A stretch of 63,918 nt of DNA, counting the filler, from Aduncisulcus paluster (lineage: Eukaryota): NCBI GenBank assembly GCA_024181965.1. It is 10 parts of 10 records of this genome, joined end to end, with 100 filler letters (N's around TTAATTAATTAA, not from the genome) between each part and the next. Parts side by side here need not be neighbours in the genome. Positions count along the whole stretch, not along the records: positions 45,214 to 51,035 come from BQXS01011564.1; positions 51,136 to 55,006 come from BQXS01011565.1; positions 55,107 to 57,992 come from BQXS01011566.1; 7 more parts are not named here. The stretch is one strand, 5' to 3'. The notes beneath the pieces are model-generated. The model did no database searches and was not told where the DNA came from. It worked only from the letters and a program-made list of their open reading frames with translations. The first letter of the stretch is position 1. Every line of letters begins with the position of its first letter. The position numbers were made by a program, and so were the translations under genes. Shown piece by piece: positions 49,526-58,092 of this stretch.

Positions 49526-49672
49526 GGGATACTATCTGGCTTGAAGCCACAAGTAATTGTTACTGCCTTGTATTCAGATGATTCGTCTTATTAAATAAAT
49601 AATTAATATTAATAAAATGCATATAAAATTAAACTTAAATAAAAACAGCTTATAATAATGACACATACCCAT
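49522..49672 (-). pseudogene. Spliced N-terminal remnant of the Fanzor gene (exons 49672-49669, 49586-49522; MDESSEYKAVTITCGFKPDSIP*)
   Basis: ATG G|GTATGT...TAAG|AC GAA defines an 82-nt AT-rich intron 49668-49587 with the host donor consensus. The peptide's TGA overlaps the ATG of the RuvC fragment. Confidence 0.55.
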
Positions 49673-49849
49673 TTTTAAAAAAAAGATGGACTTTTTGACG
49701 ACAGAACGAAGAAAAAAATTGTGTAAGTATAGCAAAAGCTATCATATATTTGTAATTTTATTTGACTTTTTCATTTTTACTGTTGATCTCCTGTCATCCT
49801 TGTCAAAGTCATGCTTCTCAGTTTCGGGAAGAAATACAATAATTTCAAT

Positions 49850-51035
49850 ATGGGGAGTACAGATTCAAAATATAAGGGCAATTCCATTGCTTCTTCTGTT
49901 CCTCTTCATCATGTTGAAATCAATTTTGTCAGTACCTCCGCAAGAGAGGTGAAAATAAGAGGATATACAAGAGGAGGAGAATGGAATGATTATAAAATGT
50001 CGAAAATATCGTCAGAAACATTTAAATTGAGTTTAGAATTACCCAAGGGCTTATTTTTTTTATAATTTTATTGTGGACTCCACATCGGATGGGATCTCCA
50101 GTTCATCAACCCACTAAAGATGTCACTCTGAGTGCTCAGCGGGCTGCGACACCTTCCTTGGTGAAGGAAAGGGATAGATCTTCCTCTCATTCCTCTGGAA
50201 GAAGCGTTGATCATCGTCCTCCAAAGGGTAGAGACGAGAGGTTTAGAAGCTCTAGTCGTGCTGATATGATTCCACGAGCCCCCATTCCACTCGAAGAATC
50301 GTTTAATCTCTTCAAAGAGAAATTCAGTCAGGAGATGCCTTCTCTGAGTTGGTTTGTCTCCAAAGAACGAAATACCCCTCAAGGATAGATATAAAGCCGC
50401 CCAAGATTGGTGGAAATATGGTACAGATCGCTGTGATATCATCGCCAAAAAAAAGAAGGCATCAACAACAGAGAAACAAGAGGCTTTGATTTATTTGGCC
50501 TTTTCAATAATGATTGATCCTCTGGGAACATCCCAGCCTTCAAAACACCAAGGAGCTCTTGATCTTTGTGTTGAATTCAGTCAGAACAAGAACCAATCCA
50601 CCTTTTTCCCAGCATTCTTCATTGCAGCTCATTTTCTGGCACGTGAAGGGGCATTTGCTCCTGCCCAAAATGCTTTACATCAATTCTTAATTGTAACTGA
50701 TGTCAGAGTTTCAAGAGGAACTTGCAAAGAAGAAAGGCTTAAAAAAAACAACTCAAGATCCTTTAAAAACCGAATATAAATGCCCATTATATGATAAATT
50801 GCCCAATATTTCGATGCTAAGGATGTGGACATGGTATTTATTTGCTCATATTCTTGCCAGAAACCCCGAAAGTGATCCTACACATGTTGCTATTCCCGTG
50901 AGGCGAGGCATGATGGAAATTTCCGGATTTGATCCTTCTTCAATTCCCAATTTTGCCCAACTTCCTCCCCTTTTGTTGGTATTAGCACGTATGGCTCAAA
51001 GAGTCGGTAATCTTGATGCTACAGAGGAGTTGTAC
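49850..51035 (+). CDS. N-myristoylated CBM48 (AMPK-beta-like glycogen-binding) protein with helical/TPR-like C-terminus; four +1 frameshifts; 3'-partial
   Basis: MGSTDS start; AREVKIRG....W.DYKM....F.LSLELPKG.F.YNFIVD..W pattern of CBM48 once single extra bases are skipped near 50054-50061, ~50086, ~50360 and ~50700. Confidence 0.65.
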
Positions 51036-51137
51036 NNNNNNNNNNNNNNNNNNNNNNNNNNNNNNNNNNNNNNNNNNNNTTAATTAATTAANNNNNNNNN
51101 NNNNNNNNNNNNNNNNNNNNNNNNNNNNNNNNNNNAA

Positions 51138-53705
51138 GGATCCCATTCTCGTCTCAAGACTATCTTTGATGAGTTCACTTCTTTACCCTCATCTGCTGTC
51201 ACATCCGCTCGAGATCTGTTCGCCCTTTGTTTCGAATGTTTGTCCTTGTTCGTGAAGCATAAAGTTACAGAAGACGATGGAACTCCAGATGAGGATGATT
51301 TTGAGGTTATTCTGGATAGTTCTTCCATCCAGGATATGATTGACTCTTTCTTGCCTTCAATGATCCGAGTTGAAGCTATTCTGAGAGTTGAACGAGAAGA
51401 AATGAAAGAAATGGAAGCAAAAGAAGAAGAAGCTGAAACTGCTGAATCTAGAGTGAATTCCATTACAAAGACATTGTTCAGCATTCTCAGGATCTCATCG
51501 AGAAATGTTCTATCTCAATGTATTGCCATTTTCCCCCAGATCTCCACTCTTCTCTCCAAGATGTTTATTCTCGGCCTATTTGAGAAACTTGATGATTCTT
51601 TTGTTAAAGATATCCTCCTAACATGTGGGAATATTGCATTTGCCAAAGACGATCCCACCAAGAACTCCCTTTTATCCATTCTTCTCCCCCATATCTTGCC
51701 ATGGATGAAGAAGTATCCTGATAAGAAGTTCTTTTTCTTGTGGATGATTATCTTGAAGAATATCACTCTTGATAAGGATAATACCTACTCTGATAAAGAT
51801 CGTTCTTCACAACTTTGGTTTGTCTTCCACCCTGTCTTGGCTATTATCAAGGACACTGCTTCCAAAGGTATTACATTTGATGCTGCTGCTGTAATTCGTT
51901 GCTTGGGTTTCCTTGGTAACTTGAGTTGTATTCCTTCCCAAGCCATTGAAGTTCATGATTGCATTAAAGATGGTCTTATTGATAGCTGGTTTGAGATAGT
52001 GAAGAGGAAGAAAAGTGAAGGACTGGATCCTAATTGTTGGGGAGTCAAATACTGGTCCAAACTCATTTCCATGCTATCCACTGTTCCATCTCTTGTCCCC
52101 CAACTCTCTCCCAAATATGATGCCAACATGGAGTGGTGTAAGAAGAATGGAGGATTGCGTGATGATTATACAAGATATCTTGGTATTTGTTATCCTTCTC
52201 TGAAGAAATGGGTTGAATTAGTTGAAGCTATTAAGAAATGTCCTGACTCAGAATCATCCTCAATTCTCTACCATAAACACCGAGGAGATATCCTTTCTGT
52301 CTTCCTTGCATCCCAATCAAAGAGTGAGATTGAAGAGCACAAGAGAGAGATTATTCTTTGTGTTGAGTGTTTAGATCGGTTTGTAAGACATACTATTGCT
52401 GGAAGGGGTATTTGTCTCCCAATACCTGATCTCAACAATCTCATTGACACTTTCATTGATTATCTTTCAAGAATTGAGGAAATATTGGAAGAAGCTGTTG
52501 ATGAAGAGTATTGTAGCATTTGTGTTGATTATTCTTTCGAAGTTGAAGATAAATGGGATTCTTTCATTCCCAAGATCCTTTCCACTTTCCATCGAATTCT
52601 TGAGAGAGGAAGCAAGAAGAAGTTGTCTGATAATATTGTTCTAGATTTATTGATGACTCTCAGAAACATCTCTTCTTCTCCCTCTACTTCCACTCGATCC
52701 TCTATTCTCACCCTTATCAAATCATATGTCAAAGATTGGTTGAGGATGTACAATGATAGTGAATACTATGGAGAATGGATGTATATTTTATCACAGATCA
52801 CCATATTAAGTGATGATAAACACCCCAACAAATCCCTTTGTTCTGAAGTTTGGTCTCTTTCCCACCCTGTTCTTGATGTTGTTAAGAGAGAGTTTGTTGG
52901 GGACAAGATTATTGAGGATGATCATGAATATGTTTTGCGATTCTTCTCTAACTTATGTTGTGATCCTTCACATGCTCTTGTAATCTATGACAATATTAAG
53001 CATCTTCTTGATGGGTGGTTTGAAGTTATGAAACAACATGAATGGGGAATCAAATACTGGTTCAATCTCATTTCCATGCTATCCACTGTTCCATCTCTTG
53101 TCCCTCAACTATCTCCCAAATATGATGCCAACATGGAGTGGTGCAAAGGAGAATCGTATTGTTCAACTCAATTCTATAATCAATACCTTTCCAACATTTC
53201 CTCCTTCGTATCTTCTTCATATCTCTCTTCAACTCTTTTCCATTCTGTTCCAATGGTTTCATTTCTACCATCAATTGAGACATCTTTGTGTCCTGAGAAA
53301 GATGGATATTCATACGCTTCCCATGTATGTTCTGTTATGAATCTGCATAAAACTATTCCACATCGCAAAAACAAAATCTCTTGCTATCACGATATTATCA
53401 GTGGAAAAGAAATGCAAATTCAACATGTTCTTAAACGTGATGGATCGAGTTCTCAAGATATCCTCACACACTCTTCTCTCATCCAATACACTTCTCCTCC
53501 CCAACACATGCTTGTTAAGATGCCATTTGATGATGAGAGATCCTTGAGACAATCTGTGTATGATCTGATTGAACGCACAGGTGGAGGTGTTGAAGTGATG
53601 TTTGAACAGGGATCATTATGTTGTTCGTTTGAAGAATACGATCAAGAAGCATGGAGGAAAAGAATGGAAGATATTGAAAAAGAAATGAAAGAGGAGGTCA
53701 AATAG
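51138..53705 (+). CDS. ARM/HEAT-like repeat protein of an expanded family; 5'-partial
   Basis: Long ORF with internal duplication (LWFVFHPVL...NL.C.PS.A....L.D.WFE..K...G.KYW..LISMLSTVPSLVPQLSPKYDANMEWCK twice); near-identical paralogue at 58093-60580. Confidence 0.85.
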   Translation, partial: GSHSRLKTIFDEFTSLPSSAVTSARDLFALCFECLSLFVKHKVTEDDGTPDEDDFEVILDSSSIQDMIDSFLPSMIRVEAILRVEREEMKEMEAKEEEAETAESRVNSITKTLFSILRISSRNVLSQCIAIFPQISTLLSKMFILGLFEKLDDSFVKDILLTCGNIAFAKDDPTKNSLLSILLPHILPWMKKYPDKKFFFLWMIILKNITLDKDNTYSDKDRSSQLWFVFHPVLAIIKDTASKGITFDAAAVIRCLGFLGNLSCIPSQAIEVHDCIKDGLIDSWFEIVKRKKSEGLDPNCWGVKYWSKLISMLSTVPSLVPQLSPKYDANMEWCKKNGGLRDDYTRYLGICYPSLKKWVELVEAIKKCPDSESSSILYHKHRGDILSVFLASQSKSEIEEHKREIILCVECLDRFVRHTIAGRGICLPIPDLNNLIDTFIDYLSRIEEILEEAVDEEYCSICVDYSFEVEDKWDSFIPKILSTFHRILERGSKKKLSDNIVLDLLMTLRNISSSPSTSTRSSILTLIKSYVKDWLRMYNDSEYYGEWMYILSQITILSDDKHPNKSLCSEVWSLSHPVLDVVKREFVGDKIIEDDHEYVLRFFSNLCCDPSHALVIYDNIKHLLDGWFEVMKQHEWGIKYWFNLISMLSTVPSLVPQLSPKYDANMEWCKGESYCSTQFYNQYLSNISSFVSSSYLSSTLFHSVPMVSFLPSIETSLCPEKDGYSYASHVCSVMNLHKTIPHRKNKISCYHDIISGKEMQIQHVLKRDGSSSQDILTHSSLIQYTSPPQHMLVKMPFDDERSLRQSVYDLIERTGGGVEVMFEQGSLCCSFEEYDQEAWRKRMEDIEKEMKEEVK

Positions 53706-53980
53706 AAAAGAGGAAGAAGGCAATCAAAAGAAGGAAAACATTGTCAAATTGTTTAAAGTTTAAACTAATGGGATAATCTTGTTAGAGCGGAGAGAGAGAG
53801 AGAGAGAGAGGGAGATCATACAATCAAAAATGAATAATGAATAATGGTCTTCTTTAAAATAGAGATTGCTGAATAACGTTGAGTAAGTTTATTCTCGACA
53901 ATTCTTTCGCGATAAAATGATTCATTAGAGTTGCCAAATTCGGTTATCAGTTGTATATACAAGTTATAAAATCACAAATA

Positions 53981-54270
53981 AAATCATCACGTCTATTTTT
54001 AGAAATTCTATTTTTAGAACAACAACTTCAATATTGTCGAGTCGGGATCAGAATCAACAATATCAGACATATTTGATACAGTTCTGATCCATTCCATTCA
54101 AAATAGGGGGAGGAAAACTGGAGATATCACTTCCAACAAGACATATGTGGAATTATGGATGATATGAGGGAAGAGAATATGAGAAATAACGAAGATATAA
54201 CGATCAAACGAATCTTTTCAATTTCTAAAATCTAAAAATAGATGTTCTAAAAATAGAACATGATTGATTT
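53981..54270. mobile_element. Candidate MITE: ~40-bp imperfect terminal inverted repeats built of doubled TCTATTTTTAGA
   Basis: 53981-54018 AAATCATCACGTCTATTTTTAGAAATTCTATTTTTAGA versus the reverse complement of 54231-54270, AAATCAATCATGTTCTATTTTTAGAACATCTATTTTTAGA; non-coding interior. Confidence 0.5.
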
Positions 54271-54602
54271 CAAATGTTTACAGATGGTCTGAAAAGGGGT
54301 TATAAACATCGGAATATTGAACAGAATGTGTAATTCTTGTAATTCTTTGCTTACAATCATCTCGACATGCCCTGACTCTTATTTCTTGCCTGGGCCAGTT
54401 TCATTGTTTTTATTTGCAATGAAAGCAGCTTTATCTCCAAGCGGAGTTTGGAAGATAGTTAAACACAAAGGTGACGAAAGCTCATTACCTCAGGAAAGGT
54501 GTGGAAGGAGCAGTAGTCAATAGAAAGTCCAAGAAAGATCCCGCTAAGTGATCAGGAAGTTAGTTCTCATCGAGAATAGGGGAATTTCCGAATAGGGGGG
54601 GT

Positions 54603-54728
54603 ATTTCGAAATTATTTTTAATAAAGAAATTACTCCATCAATAAACTTTATTGGTCAGCAATTTCGAAATTAGTCGGCAATTTCGAAATTGGTTCGAATT
54701 TTGAAATTGGTCCGCCAGATGTGAAATT
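54603..54728. repeat. ~19-bp tandem repeats containing the palindrome AATTTCGAAATT
   Basis: TTGGTCAGCAATTTCGAAA / TTAGTCGGCAATTTCGAAA / TTGGTTCGAATTTTGAAA / degenerate fourth unit, plus an isolated ATTTCGAAAT at 54603. Confidence 0.75.
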
Positions 54729-54863
54729 TCATTGATTTTTCCGTAATTGATTAATATCGTAATTGTATTATCGTAAAATATGATATTTTCTTAATTAAAT
54801 ACAGAAACAATGAATATTTATTGTTTAATATCTCGTAATTATGTTACAATGCTTGAACTCGAT

Positions 54864-55006
54864 CTAATCATCTTCTTCTTCGGTTGGACGTGAATCACTG
54901 GTTAAAACGGCACTTTGAGAGAGCAAAGATAAGTTTGGTGAGTGTTCAGCTGGTGCATCTTGACCTTCCTCGTCTTCTTCCTCGTCTTCTTCTACCCTCC
55001 TATTAG
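54864..55006 (-). CDS. 3' end of an unidentified acidic-tailed protein (fragment)
   Basis: Open frame NRRVEEDEEEDEEGQDAPAEHSPNLSLLSQSAVLTSDSRPTEEEDD* from the contig edge. Confidence 0.5.
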
Positions 55007-55106
55007 NNNNNNNNNNNNNNNNNNNNNNNNNNNNNNNNNNNNNNNNNNNNTTAATTAATTAANNNNNNNNNNNNNNNNNNNNNNNNNNNNNNNNNNNNNN
55101 NNNNNN

Positions 55107-55588
55107 CCGGTACCGGCGGTGATGTTCACAACGGCAAGCTTGGCACGACGCTCGGGGGAGAACTTGAACTTGTACAAGGAACGACCGGTCTCTCCAGGGT
55201 ACTCAAGAAGACAGCAGATGGACTTGGCAGCATCGGTTGGAGATCCACCTCCGATGGAACACACAAGGAATGAGTCGTGGGAATACTTGGGACGGAATAG
55301 CTCTGTGCACTCATCAATGGCCGCGGTCGTAGGGTTGGTGGTGATTTTGTTGTACATGATGTGCTCAATGCCACGCTCGGTCAAGGCGGCCTCAATCACA
55401 TCCCAGGCACCACAGCGACGGTAAGCAGACCTTGAACACACAAACCCGACACATTTGGGTTTCTCGGCATCAAGAATGTCGCCAAACTTGTTCAGAGCAC
55501 CAACTCCAAAGAAGCATGATTGTTTGGTAGTACCATACTTGAGAGTGATGACGTTGTGGATATCAATGGTATCGTAGTAATCGGACAT
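55107..55588 (-). CDS. Iron-containing (group III) alcohol dehydrogenase, prokaryote-type; 3'-partial
   Basis: FFGVGAL.K, AY.RCGAWDVI..AL...GI....Y.K...NPT...IDE, IGGGSPTDAAKS...LLEYP.....LY.FKF.P, AVVNITAGT motifs; GC-richer codon usage than neighbours. Confidence 0.93.
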
Positions 55589-56127
55589 AGTTGCGATTTA
55601 AGGTTTACGTTGGGACAAAAAAAATGCTTTCGAACAAAGAAATCGTTGAAAGAAAAATGGTCAAACAAACTCTATTTGACGAATAGAGGATCATCATCAG
55701 CGTTCAGACGGAACATGGAGAGGTACAAACATTTGTACATCAGAATTGTATCAAGAAGATGCTAGAATAAAAGGATATCACGCATGAAATGGAACAATAT
55801 TGACCGAGACACAACGAAAAGGGAGAACTTTTATCATCATCCATCAAGAGCACATATATTGCAGAGGATATGAATGATATCTTGTTGGTAAGTCTTGCGT
55901 GAGACATAATCCAGAAATATTAGATTTCAGTCTTTCCTCAATAATGCTAGAGAGCATGGTTTTGTGTTTTTGAGAGTCGAGATTTCATATCATGTCCAAA
56001 ACGGGTTATATTCGGCTTAAACTGGGATGATTGAAAAGGTAGAAAGGTCTGTACAATGCAAATTCGAGGTTTAAAATGGAATTCAAGCTCAAATAAAGAG
56101 AATAAAAAAATCAAAAAAATTAAAAAA

Positions 56128-56234
56128 CGGCAACTGACTGGAGTCGAACCAATACTTTCCACACAAATCTAAGAGTTTTTAATCAACTGATTTAAACGCT
56201 GTAGATGGATGTTCTTCCATTGAACTACTGTACC
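56128..56234 (-). tRNA. Intron-containing tRNA-like gene or pseudogene, apparent anticodon ACA (Cys)
   Basis: D-arm GTTC-AATGGAA-GAAC, anticodon stem TCCAT/GTGGA with loop CT-ACA-G, 35-nt insert after position 37 (56198-56164), T-arm ATTGG-TTCGACT-CCAGT, then a T6 terminator. The acceptor stem is imperfect. Confidence 0.55.
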
Positions 56235-56530
56235 GGGTTTGGTAATGCAAATAAATAGGACGAACTTGGATGATTCATAGGGAATGCTGTTACAAAATCA
56301 GGTTATCAAACAACCCGTATTTGTGTTTTATAGAGGAATAACTCATTTTCCAAAACGAATCAGCATATGATTGCTCAAATTGTTGAAAAGATGAATTTAT
56401 TATTCCATCATATAATCTTACTAATTTATAGATTCCAAACGAAAAATAATTGAAAGGTGGAACGGAAAGTGACGTGAATATGCACACACAATGTGAAAAA
56501 GAAGGAGAATCGAGACTGTCTGGGAAATTC

Positions 56531-57145
56531 TCACTTATTCCAAGATCCAACTTTCATCCTATTTAATCCAGAAGTAACAGCACCAAGGTAGGCCTTTCTT
56601 GGAAGATCACACTCAGCGATGTAGAAGGGGGCATGAGGATTGATTCGACGAACACATTCGGCAACACTATCGGTCATATCTTGCAAAATAGATTTGGCAT
56701 GGTCAGGGGGGACAATATCAAGAGTTGTGAATGTACGAATTGCTTGCTTGGTGGCAAATGGGTTGGAAGCACTTCTAGTTCCAGCTTCAGTTCCCTCACG
56801 AGCGTGGATACGAATACCGTACTTTTCAGGAGTTTTAGACACAACTCTAGAAATTGTAAATTTACCATATTTCAGAAAACCTCTTTCGATATGAGTAATA
56901 TCAATGAGATCGGTTTTTTCAGATCGTTCGATAAATTTGGTTTCAAAATTGTATTTAATTCTATGGAGAGACTTATTTGAGAGGATTAAAACACGCTCTT
57001 GTTCCATATCCCATTGATTGATCGAAATTACAACCCACCCTTTCACAAACCGCTCATCTTTCAACAAATGATCACGACATCTAGTAATGGCCTCCACTTG
57101 GGCCGCATATGTTTCATGGATTGCAACAGAAGGTCTGATGGACAT
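56531..57145 (-). CDS. hSac2-domain protein (TPRG1/TPRG1L-like)
   Basis: GWVVISINQWDMEQERVLILSNKSLHRIKYNF....I......L.DI..IE.G matches the hSac2 domain pattern. Confidence 0.8.
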   Translation of the reverse strand: MSIRPSVAIHETYAAQVEAITRCRDHLLKDERFVKGWVVISINQWDMEQERVLILSNKSLHRIKYNFETKFIERSEKTDLIDITHIERGFLKYGKFTISRVVSKTPEKYGIRIHAREGTEAGTRSASNPFATKQAIRTFTTLDIVPPDHAKSILQDMTDSVAECVRRINPHAPFYIAECDLPRKAYLGAVTSGLNRMKVGSWNK

Positions 57146-57324
57146 TTTGTATTGTTAAAGTTGTTGTTATGTCGAAAAAAAAAAACTAGTAAAAAAAATG
57201 TGGATGAAGGCAGCCTAATTTGCATTGTGACAATTTTTTTGAAATAATAAGAGCAAATTATTGCTAAAGAAAATAAAATACGCCAATATTTTCGATATCT
57301 ACATCTGAAAACTCGGATTAGCCG

Positions 57325-57428
57325 AGCTTTGTGACATTTGAAACGCGGATGCATTTATTAGGGAAGGGGAGATACTAAAAAGACAGAAATAAAAAGAGAA
57401 AAGAAAGGCATAGCTTTGTGACATTTGA
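57325..57428. repeat. 17-bp perfect direct repeat AGCTTTGTGACATTTGA (57325-57341, 57412-57428)
   Basis: Two identical copies 70 nt apart upstream of the hSac2 gene. Confidence 0.8.
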
Positions 57429-57614
57429 TCCTGTACCTCCTTAAACAAACCAAATTAAATCGATTAAAACCGGTTTAATATTAGTTTAGGAAACAGACTT
57501 GCTATTCCAACAAATATTTATTCACAGGTATTGGAATGCCTTTCTCAAAGGCAAAGAAACTATATCATTGATTCAAATAAAAAAAAACACAATTAATTCC
57601 GGCCAAATAATATC

Positions 57615-57992
57615 TTATTTCTTCGAGCGTTTGTTTTTCCTCGATTTATCCTTCCGATCCTCACCAATTTCTTTTTCAACCGGATCAGAATGTCTTCTTT
57701 TCCCCGATGTCTTTTCTTTTTTCTCTTTCTTTCCTTTCTCCTTTTTCTCTTTCTTTTCTTTCCTCTTCTTCTTTCCTTTCTTTTTCTCTTCATGTTCCTC
57801 ATCCTCTTCAAATTCATCATCAACATCGTCACCAGCTGCCGGTTTGACTTGTCGTAGGTCAATTTCATCTGGAATATATACGTCATCATCATCCTCATCT
57901 GCATTATCTTCCTCATCGTATCGCATCTCCTCTTCCTCTTCTTCGGGAGCACCCAACAGAACCTTGACTTTTTCCTTGGAAAATAGCATGGG
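57615..57992 (-). CDS. 3' end of a protein with acidic then Lys-rich tail (fragment)
   Basis: Open frame from the contig edge to TAA; D/E tracts followed by KKKGKKKRKEKKEKKEK. Confidence 0.7.
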   Translation of the reverse strand, partial: PMLFSKEKVKVLLGAPEEEEEEMRYDEEDNADEDDDDVYIPDEIDLRQVKPAAGDDVDDEFEEDEEHEEKKKGKKKRKEKKEKKEKGKKEKKEKTSGKRRHSDPVEKEIGEDRKDKSRKNKRSKK

Positions 57993-58092
57993 NNNNNNNN
58001 NNNNNNNNNNNNNNNNNNNNNNNNNNNNNNNNNNNNTTAATTAATTAANNNNNNNNNNNNNNNNNNNNNNNNNNNNNNNNNNNNNNNNNNNN

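Larger units (their letters stand above)
48977..49738 (-). mobile_element. Non-autonomous, internally deleted Fanzor element bounded by 9-bp direct repeats (CTTTTGCTA on the minus strand)
   Basis: TAGCAAAAG at 48977-48985 and 49730-49738, each within a small hairpin, enclose the Fanzor coding remnants and the downstream structured RNA. Exact boundaries are inferred. Confidence 0.6.

Noticed and set aside
54651-54728. CRISPR-like palindromic repeat array
   Set aside because: Units are directly tandem with no unique spacers, no cas genes are present, and the context is eukaryotic.
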